Shown here: positions 28,170-37,458 of the stretch, piece by piece | How the letters are laid out: every line of letters starts with the position of its first letter | Position numbering within the stretch: position 1 is the stretch's first letter | Virus record (IMG/VR): IMGVR_UViG_3300032001_000013 | Location: 1 to 45,046 of that record | Direction: 5' to 3' (one strand) | DNA: 45,046 nucleotides | DNA from: a virus | Lineage: Duplodnaviria; Caudoviricetes | Program-made: the position numbers and the translations under genes | Notes under the pieces: generated by a model | Seen by the model: the letters and a program-made list of their open reading frames with translations, nothing else | The model's database searches: none | What the model was told of the DNA's origin: nothing

Positions 28170-29204
28170 CTACCAGGGCAGCCAGAACCCGTGGCTGATG
28201 CCGTACTTGCGCAGGTACACGCCCCACAGGCCGATGGCGAGGGCGATCAGCAGGCCGAGCCCGAACACCCACTTCGACCACCGGCTGTAGTGGCGCACCT
28301 TGGCCCTGGTGGACAGCAGGTAGTCATACATCCGCCGGTAGGAGACCGGGTACCACAGCGACGGGTCGGCCCGCCGCATCCTGGTCAGCTTGTCTCGTGC
28401 GTCGTCAGGCGAGATCTGCGGGGGCACGGCCAGCAGGGAGGCGATGATCGCGTCGGCCGCGTAGGTGACGGCCAGCCGCTTGCCGATGAAGTACCGGTTG
28501 ATGTCGGCCCCGGCCTTGACCGCGGGGCGGTGCCCGGCGAACCGGCCGCCGGCGATGCCGATGACCGGCGAGACCCAGGGCGACGTCGGCTCCAGCCACG
28601 GCGAGTGGTAGCCGCGGCCGTGGGCGAGCGCGATGCCGCCGAAGATGATCACGCTGATGATCGCCTCGCCGGGGATCGCGGTCAGCAGCATCGACGGCAG
28701 CAGGAAGATGAACTGGAGCGGGCTGGTGTCCGCGCGGCGCCGCTGCCCCTTGTGCGGCCCGTGCCGGTAGTCGAACCGGCCCTGGTAGATCGAGGGGATG
28801 TGCAGCTTGACGAACTGGCGGTCCAGCCAGGGCGTCTTGGCTTTCTCCTTGCTGGCCAGGAGCGTGATGATCATGGCCACGACGGCGTAGGCCAGGATGG
28901 CCTCGGGCGCGTCGCGCAGGAAGATGTGCCGGGCGATGTCGTAGTGGGCCGACAGCCAGCTGCCGATTAGCGGGATCCCGTGGAAGTGCCACAGCACGTT
29001 CAGGTGGTCCCAGTCGTACTTCAGCGACTTGCCGAAGTAATGCGCCTGGAGGACCAGGACGTAGATGCCGGACCAGAGCCCGACAGCCCACTGCCCGGCG
29101 ATGACCGAGTAGATGACGGACTGGGCCTTGTCCCAGAACGGGACCTTGGCGGCCAGGCTCTCCGCCCCGCTCTGCGGGACGTCGACAGCTTCGGCGGCGG
29201 TCAT
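28170..29204 (-). CDS. Multi-pass membrane protein
   Basis: Several hydrophobic helices; GC3-biased codons. Confidence 0.8.
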   Translation of the reverse strand: MTAAEAVDVPQSGAESLAAKVPFWDKAQSVIYSVIAGQWAVGLWSGIYVLVLQAHYFGKSLKYDWDHLNVLWHFHGIPLIGSWLSAHYDIARHIFLRDAPEAILAYAVVAMIITLLASKEKAKTPWLDRQFVKLHIPSIYQGRFDYRHGPHKGQRRRADTSPLQFIFLLPSMLLTAIPGEAIISVIIFGGIALAHGRGYHSPWLEPTSPWVSPVIGIAGGRFAGHRPAVKAGADINRYFIGKRLAVTYAADAIIASLLAVPPQISPDDARDKLTRMRRADPSLWYPVSYRRMYDYLLSTRAKVRHYSRWSKWVFGLGLLIALAIGLWGVYLRKYGISHGFWLPW

Positions 29205-29488
29205 GATGACCTCTCCTCGTCGCTGGCCGGGGCTCCCCCGGCCTTCTCGGCTGCGGTGACCCGCGGGCGGCGGTAGCCGGGCGGCTTGGGGTCGGTGTCG
29301 GCGAGGAGCTTGCGGATCGCCCGCGCGTATTCCTCCCTGGACGCCCAGCCGAAGCCGATCAGGGCGTGATGCAGCTGTACCCAGGCCGGCGTCGCCGCTC
29401 CCAGCTTCATCTCAAGTGAGACAGGCACGGCCATTCCGGCTATCAGCGCGGCGGTGGCCTCGATGAACTCCTCGCGTTCCATGGTCAT
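29201..29488 (-). CDS. Hypothetical protein
   Basis: ATGA coupling at both ends. Confidence 0.65.
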   Translation of the reverse strand: MTMEREEFIEATAALIAGMAVPVSLEMKLGAATPAWVQLHHALIGFGWASREEYARAIRKLLADTDPKPPGYRRPRVTAAEKAGGAPASDEERSS

Positions 29489-29973
29489 GGCGTGCTCGAT
29501 GACGGCGAGGGCTGGAGGCCGGGGATGCTCGCCTGGCCGGAGCTGGGCAGCGCGGGCGGCGTGGTGCTGGCCGGGGCGCCGGCGCCCTGGCTCTCGGCGT
29601 AGGCCACGACGCCCTGAAGCCACGTGTCCCGGGCCGAGCCCGGACCACTGGTGTGCAGCACGGAGATCGTGAACGTCTGGACGGCGTATTTGCTGATCTT
29701 GGCGGTGTTGCCCTTGGGGAAGGTCAGCTGGACGGCGGTTTCCACCGACTTGACCGGGTGGGCGGGCTGGAAGTTGCGCTGGAGGTTGCTCAGCAGCTCC
29801 TGCTCGACCACGTTGAGGTCGTTGCTGACCGTCGGGTTGGCCAGCGCCGAGCTGGCTGCGCCGCTGGCGTGCGCCTTGGCGCTTGATGAGCTGGAGCCGC
29901 AGGCGGTGACGGACAGGGCCGCGGCGAGCGCCAGTACGGCGAGCGCCAGGGGCCCGTGTTTGATGGTAGGCAT
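29485..29973 (-). CDS. Lipoprotein
   Basis: Lipobox VTAC; RBS AAGGAG; promoter motif at 30033-30018 on -. Confidence 0.8.
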   Translation of the reverse strand: MPTIKHGPLALAVLALAAALSVTACGSSSSSAKAHASGAASSALANPTVSNDLNVVEQELLSNLQRNFQPAHPVKSVETAVQLTFPKGNTAKISKYAVQTFTISVLHTSGPGSARDTWLQGVVAYAESQGAGAPASTTPPALPSSGQASIPGLQPSPSSSTP

Positions 29974-30075
29974 CGGGTGTCTCCTTGATGTCCGGGGATG
30001 CTCTCCTCGGCGAGAAGATATCAATAAACCTTGGTACTCGCAAACTGCCCTGGGAAGGGTGGAGAGGAGGACCGC

Positions 30076-30894
30076 GTGACGACTCCCTGGCCGCCCCCGC
30101 CGCCTCAGCCGCTGCCCGCCTGGGGCAGGGACATCGAGGGCTGGGCGATCGCCCGGGAGCTTCAGACTCACGCCCAGGCGCTGTGGCAGTACGGCGAGCT
30201 GGCCTACTTCGCGCTGATGTGGCACATCCAGGACTTCACCGCCGGGCTGGTGTCGCGCTGCTACCGCTGCTGGCAGGGAGACAACGACCTGGCCGGCGCG
30301 CAGAGCCCCGAGCAGCAGATCGCCGCCGCCTACGGCCAGGGCAACCAGTACGCCTGCCCGGTCTGCTACAACAGCACGTTCGCGGCGCCGCAGGGCAGCT
30401 CCCCGGTCCCCGGCGTGCGGGCCCTGATCGTCCGGCCCGGCATCTTCGACGACTTCGACCGGGACCAGCACCGCACCTCCCGCGGCGTGTTCGGCCAGGC
30501 GGCGATCGGCGTCGAGTCGACCCCGGACTTCCGGGTGCGCAACGGCGACTACTGCTTCCGCGGCGACGGCAACCGGTTCCAGCTCCAGGTGCCGCGGCGG
30601 ATCACGCTGCGCACCGGCTTCGCGCTGCCCTGGCAGGGCGCCGCGGCGATCACCTACAACTTCGCCCGGATGAGCCTGGAGGACCCGCTGACCGCGGCGT
30701 ACCTGATCCCGCCGGACGAGGCGCACCTGGCGCAGCTGCTCGGCACCTACACCCGGGTCCCGGCGAACTACGACTGGGCCGAGGTGGTCAACGGGCCGCT
30801 GATCCCCGAGGAGCCGCCCCCGGCCGCCGCCGGGCAGCCGCAGGGCCCGGTGCACTTCCCGCTGGCCGGCTTCCCGCCGCAGGCGGCGCCGTGA
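30076..30894 (+). CDS. Putative head-closure/head-to-tail adaptor protein
   Basis: RCYRC...CPVCY.. pattern, GDY.FR.DG.R.Q; RBS GAGGAGG; virion context. Confidence 0.65.
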   Translation: MTTPWPPPPPQPLPAWGRDIEGWAIARELQTHAQALWQYGELAYFALMWHIQDFTAGLVSRCYRCWQGDNDLAGAQSPEQQIAAAYGQGNQYACPVCYNSTFAAPQGSSPVPGVRALIVRPGIFDDFDRDQHRTSRGVFGQAAIGVESTPDFRVRNGDYCFRGDGNRFQLQVPRRITLRTGFALPWQGAAAITYNFARMSLEDPLTAAYLIPPDEAHLAQLLGTYTRVPANYDWAEVVNGPLIPEEPPPAAAGQPQGPVHFPLAGFPPQAAP

Positions 30895-31766
30895 GCTACC
30901 TGTGGATGGACGCCGCCGCTGCGCAGCGCACCGCCGGGTGGTGGAACGACCGCGCCGAGTTCGAGCACGAGCGCGGCGAGTACTCCGTGCGCAACCCGGC
31001 CGAGAAGCTGCGGGCCCGGCGCAACCGCTACGTCAGCCAGATCGTCGACCGGCACAACGTCACCCGCACCGCTGCCCGCGAGGCCATGATGCACGTGGCG
31101 GGGCACCTGGAGGACAACTACGCCACCCACCACCCGACCGAGTACGGCTTTGCCTCGGCGCCCCCGTTCGCCCGGGACCACTACAGCCACGAGATGACCG
31201 GGCGGCTGATGGACCCCGAGACCTGGCGGCACCGGCCGGTCGAGCAGGTCCCCACCGACGAGATCCACGCCAGCCAGCACTTCATCCGGCCGCACTCGGT
31301 GGCGCACAACCTGTTCTGGCCCGGCCACCGGCAGCCCATCTCAGAGGAGGAGACCGGCGACCCGGACATCGAGCCCGAGCCCGAAGAGCCTGACATCGAG
31401 GACGACTACGAGTACGAGAGCGCCGACGAGCGCGAGCTGCACCGCAACGCCAAGTTCCTGGAGCGCGCCAACGGCCGGATCGAATGCGTGGACGGACATC
31501 ACCGGGCCGCCGCGGACATGATCCTGGGCAAGAAGACCACGCCCGGCCAGCTCATCACCGAGCGCGAGCTGATGCGCCCGAAGGGCTACAAGCCGCATCC
31601 CTGGCCGATGACCAAGGAGAAGATGACGGCTCACCTGGCTGAGCATCACGGCTGGGATCCGGAGACCCTGAACCGCAGCTGGCGCGATAACTTCCGCGTC
31701 CAGGACCAGATTCACGACCGCGAGCACCTGAACTTCCAGCGCCAGTTGGAGCATGATCACGAATGA
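30891..31766 (+). CDS. ParB/Srx-like domain protein
   Basis: VP...I.ASQ and VDGHHRAAA motifs. Confidence 0.7.
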   Translation: MSYLWMDAAAAQRTAGWWNDRAEFEHERGEYSVRNPAEKLRARRNRYVSQIVDRHNVTRTAAREAMMHVAGHLEDNYATHHPTEYGFASAPPFARDHYSHEMTGRLMDPETWRHRPVEQVPTDEIHASQHFIRPHSVAHNLFWPGHRQPISEEETGDPDIEPEPEEPDIEDDYEYESADERELHRNAKFLERANGRIECVDGHHRAAADMILGKKTTPGQLITERELMRPKGYKPHPWPMTKEKMTAHLAEHHGWDPETLNRSWRDNFRVQDQIHDREHLNFQRQLEHDHE

Positions 31767-32029
31767 GCACGCTGTGGGCCCGGATCCCGAAGACCGCCGC
31801 GGGCGTCTGCCCGTCCTGCGGGTACAACCTGCCCTATCACGAGACCCGCTGCCCTGAGCGCGGGCTCAGCCCGCTCCAGATCCGGCTGGAGATCGCCAAC
31901 ATGTCCGACGCCCAGTCAAATGAGCGGTGCGTCAGCTGCGGCCACCGGATCGGCGGCGGCGGCGCGGTCATCAGGGGCGAGGGCCTGGCGCACAAGTTCG
32001 ACTGCACCGCCCCGGGCGTGTGGGGCTGA
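31763..32029 (+). CDS. Small zinc-finger protein
   Basis: CPSCG, CVSCG; coupled overlaps. Confidence 0.7.
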   Translation: MSTLWARIPKTAAGVCPSCGYNLPYHETRCPERGLSPLQIRLEIANMSDAQSNERCVSCGHRIGGGGAVIRGEGLAHKFDCTAPGVWG

Positions 32030-32742
32030 TGCCCCCGTCCGTCGCCACCGTCTCCGGCGAGACCGCTGAGTTCGTCATCAGCGGCGACCCCGACCGGATG
32101 ATCATGCTGGTGCCCAGGCTGAACGGCAACCGGGCCCGGAACCTGGCCAACGCCGCGGTGCGCGAGGCCCGCAGGATCATGCCCAAGCTGACCGGCCGGG
32201 CCGCCCAGCGCCTGGTGCCGGTCTACGGCTACGGGTTCTTCGGCATCCACTGGGCCGACGCGTACGTGTACTTCCAGGAGAAGGGCATCCGGCCGTTCAC
32301 GATGACCCACCTGGCCGGCAAGACGATCCCGATGTGGGTCGACGACCCGACCGGCACCGAGAAGCAGCGCAACCCGAGGGCGCAGACCCGCACCACGATC
32401 TCGGGCAAGCCGCAGGTGCTGATCTTCCGCCGGGCCGCGCAGATCGGGGCGACCAGGACGATCCGGACCAAGGTCGCCGGGCAGTGGGAGGTCAGGACGG
32501 TGCCCGCGTCCTACCCGGGCGCCCCGGGCCGGATCGGCCGACGCGAGGCCGCCATCCCCTGGACGACCGCGGGCCGCCAGGGCGGCCAGATCGCCCAGGC
32601 CAACATCGGCGTCCGCTGGCGCCACCCCGGCCTGGCCCCGCGATTGTTCATGAACCGGGCGATCACCTTGGCCGCTCAGCAGGGCGGCATCCTGCCGACG
32701 CGGATCTACGTCGCTGACAGATTCTGGAGATCGCATTTCTGA
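32029..32742 (+). CDS. Putative neck/tail-completion protein
   Basis: MPKLTG, Q..G..PFTM, WRHPG..PR.FM motifs typical of gp10-like neck proteins. Confidence 0.65.
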   Translation: MPPSVATVSGETAEFVISGDPDRMIMLVPRLNGNRARNLANAAVREARRIMPKLTGRAAQRLVPVYGYGFFGIHWADAYVYFQEKGIRPFTMTHLAGKTIPMWVDDPTGTEKQRNPRAQTRTTISGKPQVLIFRRAAQIGATRTIRTKVAGQWEVRTVPASYPGAPGRIGRREAAIPWTTAGRQGGQIAQANIGVRWRHPGLAPRLFMNRAITLAAQQGGILPTRIYVADRFWRSHF

Positions 32743-32766
32743 TTTTCCTGATAAGGTTCATTGATA

Positions 32767-33770
32767 GGCCTGGCCGGGCCAGGCGAAGCCTTGACAGCGC
32801 GTCAAGGCATCGCGTGGCAGGAAAGGCTAGGCGTGGTGCCGATCGCCCGGCGTCGCTCTGCTAGGCAGTCGAGGCGCAGCCCGGCGCGGATGGCCGGGCC
32901 GGGTAGCGCCAGGCAGAGCAGGGCAGGGCAGGATGGGCCCCGCTCGGATGGCTGGGCATGGCAGCGCAGGAAAGGAATGTCTTGGCCTGGCCAGGCGAGG
33001 CCCGGCGGGGCAGTCATGGCTCGTCTAGGCATTGCGGGCCAGGGCGAGGCGAGGCAGGCGATTGCTCGGCGGGCCGTGGCGCCGCAGGGCAGGTCTAGGC
33101 AGGCTAATGGTTCAGTGAACCATTAAGGCAGCCAAGGCATGCCGGGGCGAGGCTCCGCGGGGCATCGCCGGGTATCGCAAGGCCGTCATCGCGGGGCACC
33201 GCCCGTCCTGGATGGGCATGGCGCCGCGCGGCGCTGCCAGGCAGGATTGGCGAGGCTTGGCCCAGGCATTGCCGGTCGTGGCACCGCCCGGCAAGGCAGG
33301 AGAGTCTGGGCTAGGCGGGGCATCGCTCAGCGCGGCGAGGCACAGTGCCGCGAGGCCGGGCGGGGCTAGGCAGTCCAGGCATCGCTCGTCGCGGCCAGGC
33401 ATGGCCCGGCGAGGCGCAGCGAGGCAGTCCCGGTATCGCTCGGATGGCTTGGCCAGGCAAGGCCAGGCAGGGCCGTCGAGGCGTGGCCTTGCGCCGCCTG
33501 GACCGCAACGCATCGCAAGGCTGGGCAAGGCAGGTGCAGCCTGGCAAGGCAGTGCCTGGCGGCGCAACGCGCAGCCTGGCCAGGCGAGGCAGTCAGGTCG
33601 TGGCGAGCCTTGGCCCGGCAGTGCCCGGCCCGGCAGCGCCCGGCACGGCATGGCAGGAGATGCTAGTCAGGGCCAGGCTCGGCTCGGATCGCGCGGCTCG
33701 GCGCGGCAGGAGCAGCTTGGCATGGCGGGGAGAGGCTGAGCCCGGCTAGCGGGGCAAGGCGCGGCAGGTA
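32767..33770 (+). repeat. GGY-NN pentamer array 3 (about 18 units)
   Basis: Starts right after promoter TAAGGT-TCA-TTGATA (32752); internal palindrome at 33105-33125. Confidence 0.92.
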
Positions 33771-33789
33771 CGGGGCCCCGGGAAGCAGT

Positions 33790-34494
33790 GTGACTACTCC
33801 TCAGCCGTTCGTCCCGGCGTATCCGGCCGGCTTCTTGCGCGTCATCAAGGCCGGCTCGGTCGACGCGCTGAACCAGGCCTTCGCGATCGCCTACCCCGAG
33901 CAGGATGCGGCCGGCGGGATCCAGGCGCCGTACATCAGCATCGACTACCCGGTGAGCCAGGGCGCCTACCCGGGCATCTGGGTGGACTTCGAGGTGGCCA
34001 TGCTGCGCACCGCGGGCATCGACCACATCGAGATGCTGGATGACGGCACGGTGCTGGCCCGCTGGCGGTTCCAGGGCTACGCGGTGTTCACCACCGTGGC
34101 GCTGAACAGCAACGAGTGCGACGGGATCTACGACCAGCTGGTGGCGCTGACCGCGTTCGCCGCTCAGTCCGAGGTGCCCTCGGTCTTCCGCGATGTCATC
34201 GACTCCAACGGCCTGGTGAGCACCACCTGGAGCTACGACACGGTGGAGGCCCGCGGCCAGTCCGCGGCGCCGGGCACGCCCTGGGGCACCACCGAGATCA
34301 TCTACGAGCGCGGCATCGCGCTGAAGGTGATCGGCGAGTTCGTCACCAACCCGGCCTCGGCCGTCTACGAGCTGGTGCCGCTGAGCAAGATCATCATCAC
34401 CGGCCAGATGCAGATCGACGACGTGAACGCCGGCGACCCGTTCATCCTGACCATCCCGCCGGAGACCCCGCCGTTCACCCCGCTTCCCGGCTAA
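33790..34494 (+). CDS. Putative tail terminator protein
   Basis: SIDYP...YPGIWV motif; position before sheath. Confidence 0.65.
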   Translation: MTTPQPFVPAYPAGFLRVIKAGSVDALNQAFAIAYPEQDAAGGIQAPYISIDYPVSQGAYPGIWVDFEVAMLRTAGIDHIEMLDDGTVLARWRFQGYAVFTTVALNSNECDGIYDQLVALTAFAAQSEVPSVFRDVIDSNGLVSTTWSYDTVEARGQSAAPGTPWGTTEIIYERGIALKVIGEFVTNPASAVYELVPLSKIIITGQMQIDDVNAGDPFILTIPPETPPFTPLPG

Positions 34495-34505
34495 GGTTCT
34501 TTGAT

Positions 34506-35324
34506 AGCATGGTGGTCCTGGGCTGGGCGTCGGTGGCACATCACGTCCAGGCCGGGCGTGGCCGTCCAGGCGCGGATAGCCAGGACGGCGCGTCCAGGCG
34601 CTGCCGCGCTCGGCAGTCCTGGTGTCGCGAGGCGGGGCAGTGCGTCGCTGGTCGCGGCAAGGCAAGGCCCGGCTCGGCCGTCGCGGTTAGTCTGCGCGTG
34701 TCGGTGCTGGGCCCGGAGCGCTAGGCTTCGCTGGGCCGTCGGCGCATCGCTATGCGTGGCCCGGCTTGGCGTGGCAAGGCCTCGCATCGCAAGGCAAGGC
34801 CGTCGAGGCTTAGCTGGTCTGGGCACGGGATGCCAGGCACGGCGGGGCGCGGCCGTCCAGGCTGGTCTAGGACATCCCGTCGAGGACTGGCGTGGCCGTC
34901 AAGGCCTGGCGGGTCCGGGCCCGGTACCGCATGGCACAACTCGGCGCGGCCGGAGATGCTGGGCTAGGCGAGGCATCGCGGGGCGCGGCGAGGCTAGGCC
35001 GTCTGCGCGGGGCTCGGCAAGGGTCGCTCCGCTCGGCAGGGCACGGCGAGGCCGGGTTGGCAAGGGTCGCCCGGGTGGCGTTGCATCGCTTGGCCGTCCT
35101 GGTATAGCCCGGCGTCGCATTGCGAAGCGGCGCGGGGCATGGCCTGGCTGTCGAGGCTGAGCTTGGCGCTGCGTCGCTTGGCGCTGCGAGGCTGGGCGCG
35201 GCCGTCCTGGCCCGGCCCGGAGGCGCAACGCGGGTCCAGGCGAGGCAGGGCTAGGCCGTCTAGGCACGTCCCGGCGGGTCGGGGCTGAGCTAGTCGCCGC
35301 CTGGCAAGGTGTGGTGAGGCAGGA
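34506..35324 (+). repeat. GGY-NN pentamer array 4 (about 15 units)
   Basis: Follows promoter TAAGGT-TCT-TTGATA (34492); GGCCGTC separators. Confidence 0.92.
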
Positions 35325-35377
35325 GGTTCTCCGGCCCGGGAAGACGTGAGGATGTCTTCCCGGGAGGAGAGCCCACG

Positions 35378-36931
35378 GTGACGGTTCCGACTTTTTCGTC
35401 TTATCAGCCTCCTGGCGTCTACGTCTCCGACGTCACCGGGCCCATCGTCACCACGACCGGGGTCTTCCCGCAGATCCTGACGCTGGTCGGGCCGGGGCTC
35501 GGCTACCGCACCGCGGTCCAGACCTTCCAGATCTTCGCGGGCACGGGCGCCATCCTGAACTTCACCGGGGTCTTCACCACCGCCCAGGCCGGGCCCCCGG
35601 CGATCGCCGCGCCCGTGATGACGGTCACCGGCTCCAGCACCATCCTGGCCCAGGGCACCGACTACAGCTTCACCGTGACCCCGGACCCCTCGGGCAACGC
35701 CGCGCTGGCGGTCACCTCGGTCTTCCGGGTCGGCACCTCGACCAGCATCGCCGACGGCGCCCAGGTGACGATCACCTACAACTACGCCGACGTCACGTAC
35801 TACCAGCCGCAGCTGTTCACCAACTTCCCCGCGGTCACCAACGCCTACGGCCAGCCCCTGGTGGCCGCCGCGCCGACCCAGGCCAACGTCAGCCAGGTGG
35901 CCAACCCGCTGAGCTACGCCGCGCAGACCGCATTCGGCGCCGGGGCCAACCAGGTCATCGCGTGCGCCTGCAACCCGGCGGACGGCACCCTGGAGCAGCA
36001 GCTGCTCGCCGCGTACACCAAGCTGGCTGCCGTCTACGACTCGACCCTGGTGGTCCCGGTCTTCCCCGACTACCTGGGCGGCTTCGCGGGCGGCTCCGGC
36101 GTGTCCCAGTACGCCCTGACGCTGGCCACCGACCTGGACGGCGCGATGCAGGGCGCCAGCGTCAACGGCTACCCTCGGATCGGCTTCTTCGGGCTGCCGG
36201 TGGACTACTCCGAGTCGGCGCTGCCGGTGCCGAGCTTCTCCGCCTCGATCGCCGACAAGCGGCTGGTGCTGGCCTACCCCAAGGCCCTCCAGGCCTACAA
36301 CCCGCTGACCCGGCAGACGTTCAGCGCCTCGGGCTGCTACCTGGCGGTCGCGCTGGCCGCGGTGCTGTCGGCGCTGCCGGTGAACACCGGGCTGACCGGC
36401 CAGGCGGTGCCCGGCTTCGCGGGGCTGACCGCGGCCGAGCTTCAGGCGATGACCCCGGCGTTCATGAACAGCCTGGCCCAGGCCGGGACCACGGTGGTCT
36501 ACCAGAGCCGCAACGGCGGGCTGACCTGCCGGCATGGCCTGACCACCAACATGAGCGCGCTGAACACCCGGGAGATCTCACTGGTCCGCCAGGCCGATGC
36601 CCTGCTGGTGTCCCTCCAGGCCGGGATGGAGAACTCCGGGCTGATCGGCACGCCGATCACCGCGAACACGGTGGCCACGGTGCAGGGCGCGATCGTCTCG
36701 ATCCTCCAGCAGGACATCGCCCAGGGCATCATCGCCAGCTACACGAACCTGGTGGTCGCCCAGCAGCAGTACCCGGGCGGCGACCCGACGGTGATCACCG
36801 CGACCTTCTCCTATGTCCCGAGCGTCCCGCTGAACTACATCGAGGTCACGTTCAGCATCGACCTCAGTGCTGGCCTGGTGTCCCAGCAGTCACAGCAGAA
36901 CGCGGCAGCTCCCACCGTCTCCGTGACCTGA
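35378..36931 (+). CDS. Contractile tail sheath protein
   Basis: Y..PGVYV N-terminus; RHGLTT, REISLVR..D, P..PLNYI.V.F C-terminus. Confidence 0.92.
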   Translation: MTVPTFSSYQPPGVYVSDVTGPIVTTTGVFPQILTLVGPGLGYRTAVQTFQIFAGTGAILNFTGVFTTAQAGPPAIAAPVMTVTGSSTILAQGTDYSFTVTPDPSGNAALAVTSVFRVGTSTSIADGAQVTITYNYADVTYYQPQLFTNFPAVTNAYGQPLVAAAPTQANVSQVANPLSYAAQTAFGAGANQVIACACNPADGTLEQQLLAAYTKLAAVYDSTLVVPVFPDYLGGFAGGSGVSQYALTLATDLDGAMQGASVNGYPRIGFFGLPVDYSESALPVPSFSASIADKRLVLAYPKALQAYNPLTRQTFSASGCYLAVALAAVLSALPVNTGLTGQAVPGFAGLTAAELQAMTPAFMNSLAQAGTTVVYQSRNGGLTCRHGLTTNMSALNTREISLVRQADALLVSLQAGMENSGLIGTPITANTVATVQGAIVSILQQDIAQGIIASYTNLVVAQQQYPGGDPTVITATFSYVPSVPLNYIEVTFSIDLSAGLVSQQSQQNAAAPTVSVT

Positions 36932-36933
36932 TT

Positions 36934-37458
36934 GCCTGCCCTACCCTGCACAGCTAAGCGCTCCAAGCCAAGACGAGCGCAGACGGCCATGCCCTGCCAA
37001 GCGTTCCGTGCCCGGCCTCGCCTTGACGGCCATGCCCAGCTCCGCGAGCCCGCGCCTAGCCAGGCCTCTCCGGCCGAGCGCTCCACGCCAAGCCCTGCCA
37101 AGCACGGCCTAGTCGTGCCATGCCGCTCCGGCCTCGCCACGCTCAGCGACGCCAGTCCTCGCCGAGCCAAGCGACTCCTGCCGAGCCGAGCGCGGACATC
37201 CCGGGCCGCGCCAATCCCGGCCAGGCCGCGACTGCCCGGCCCTGCCTAGCCAGGACTAGCCGCCCTGGCCCCGCGGTGCGTTTCCGGCCCCGCCAAGCCC
37301 CGCCGTGCCTAGCCACGCGACGCCCAGCAATGCGCTGACGGCCGTGCCGGGCACAGCGGCCCATGCCGGTCCAAGCGCAGCAACACCTGGACGGCCTCGC
37401 CTCAGCGTGCCCTGGCAAGCCATCTAAGCCAGGCCCGGATGTGCGGCGCCAAGACTGC
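36934..37458 (-). repeat. GGY-NN pentamer array 5 (about 10 units)
   Basis: GCC-NN register on +; promoter TAGAAT-CA-TTGACA at 37478-37465 on -. Confidence 0.92.

Noticed and set aside
32971-33422. Partial matches of other units to window genes (KIFL vs MCP, ISAQ vs 17229 gene, WAAAI vs 13827 gene)
   Set aside because: Short, distant matches at a level expected by chance in 45 kb of GC-rich DNA
32767-33770. CRISPR array or simple microsatellite
   Set aside because: No identical 25-40 nt direct repeats; the variable dinucleotides are non-repetitive and carry information
33712-33852. Last unit of array 3 (A-F-P-Y-G...I-K-A) versus start of the 33790 gene (AYPAG...IKA)
   Set aside because: Needs a one-codon gap; suggestive but not supportable
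32761-35267. R/G/A-rich ORFs (ARQGRARRG...) over the pentamer arrays, also at 57-564, 36835-37418 and 41287-41732
   Set aside because: By-products of 5-nt periodicity; open in many frames, no RBS, no codon bias
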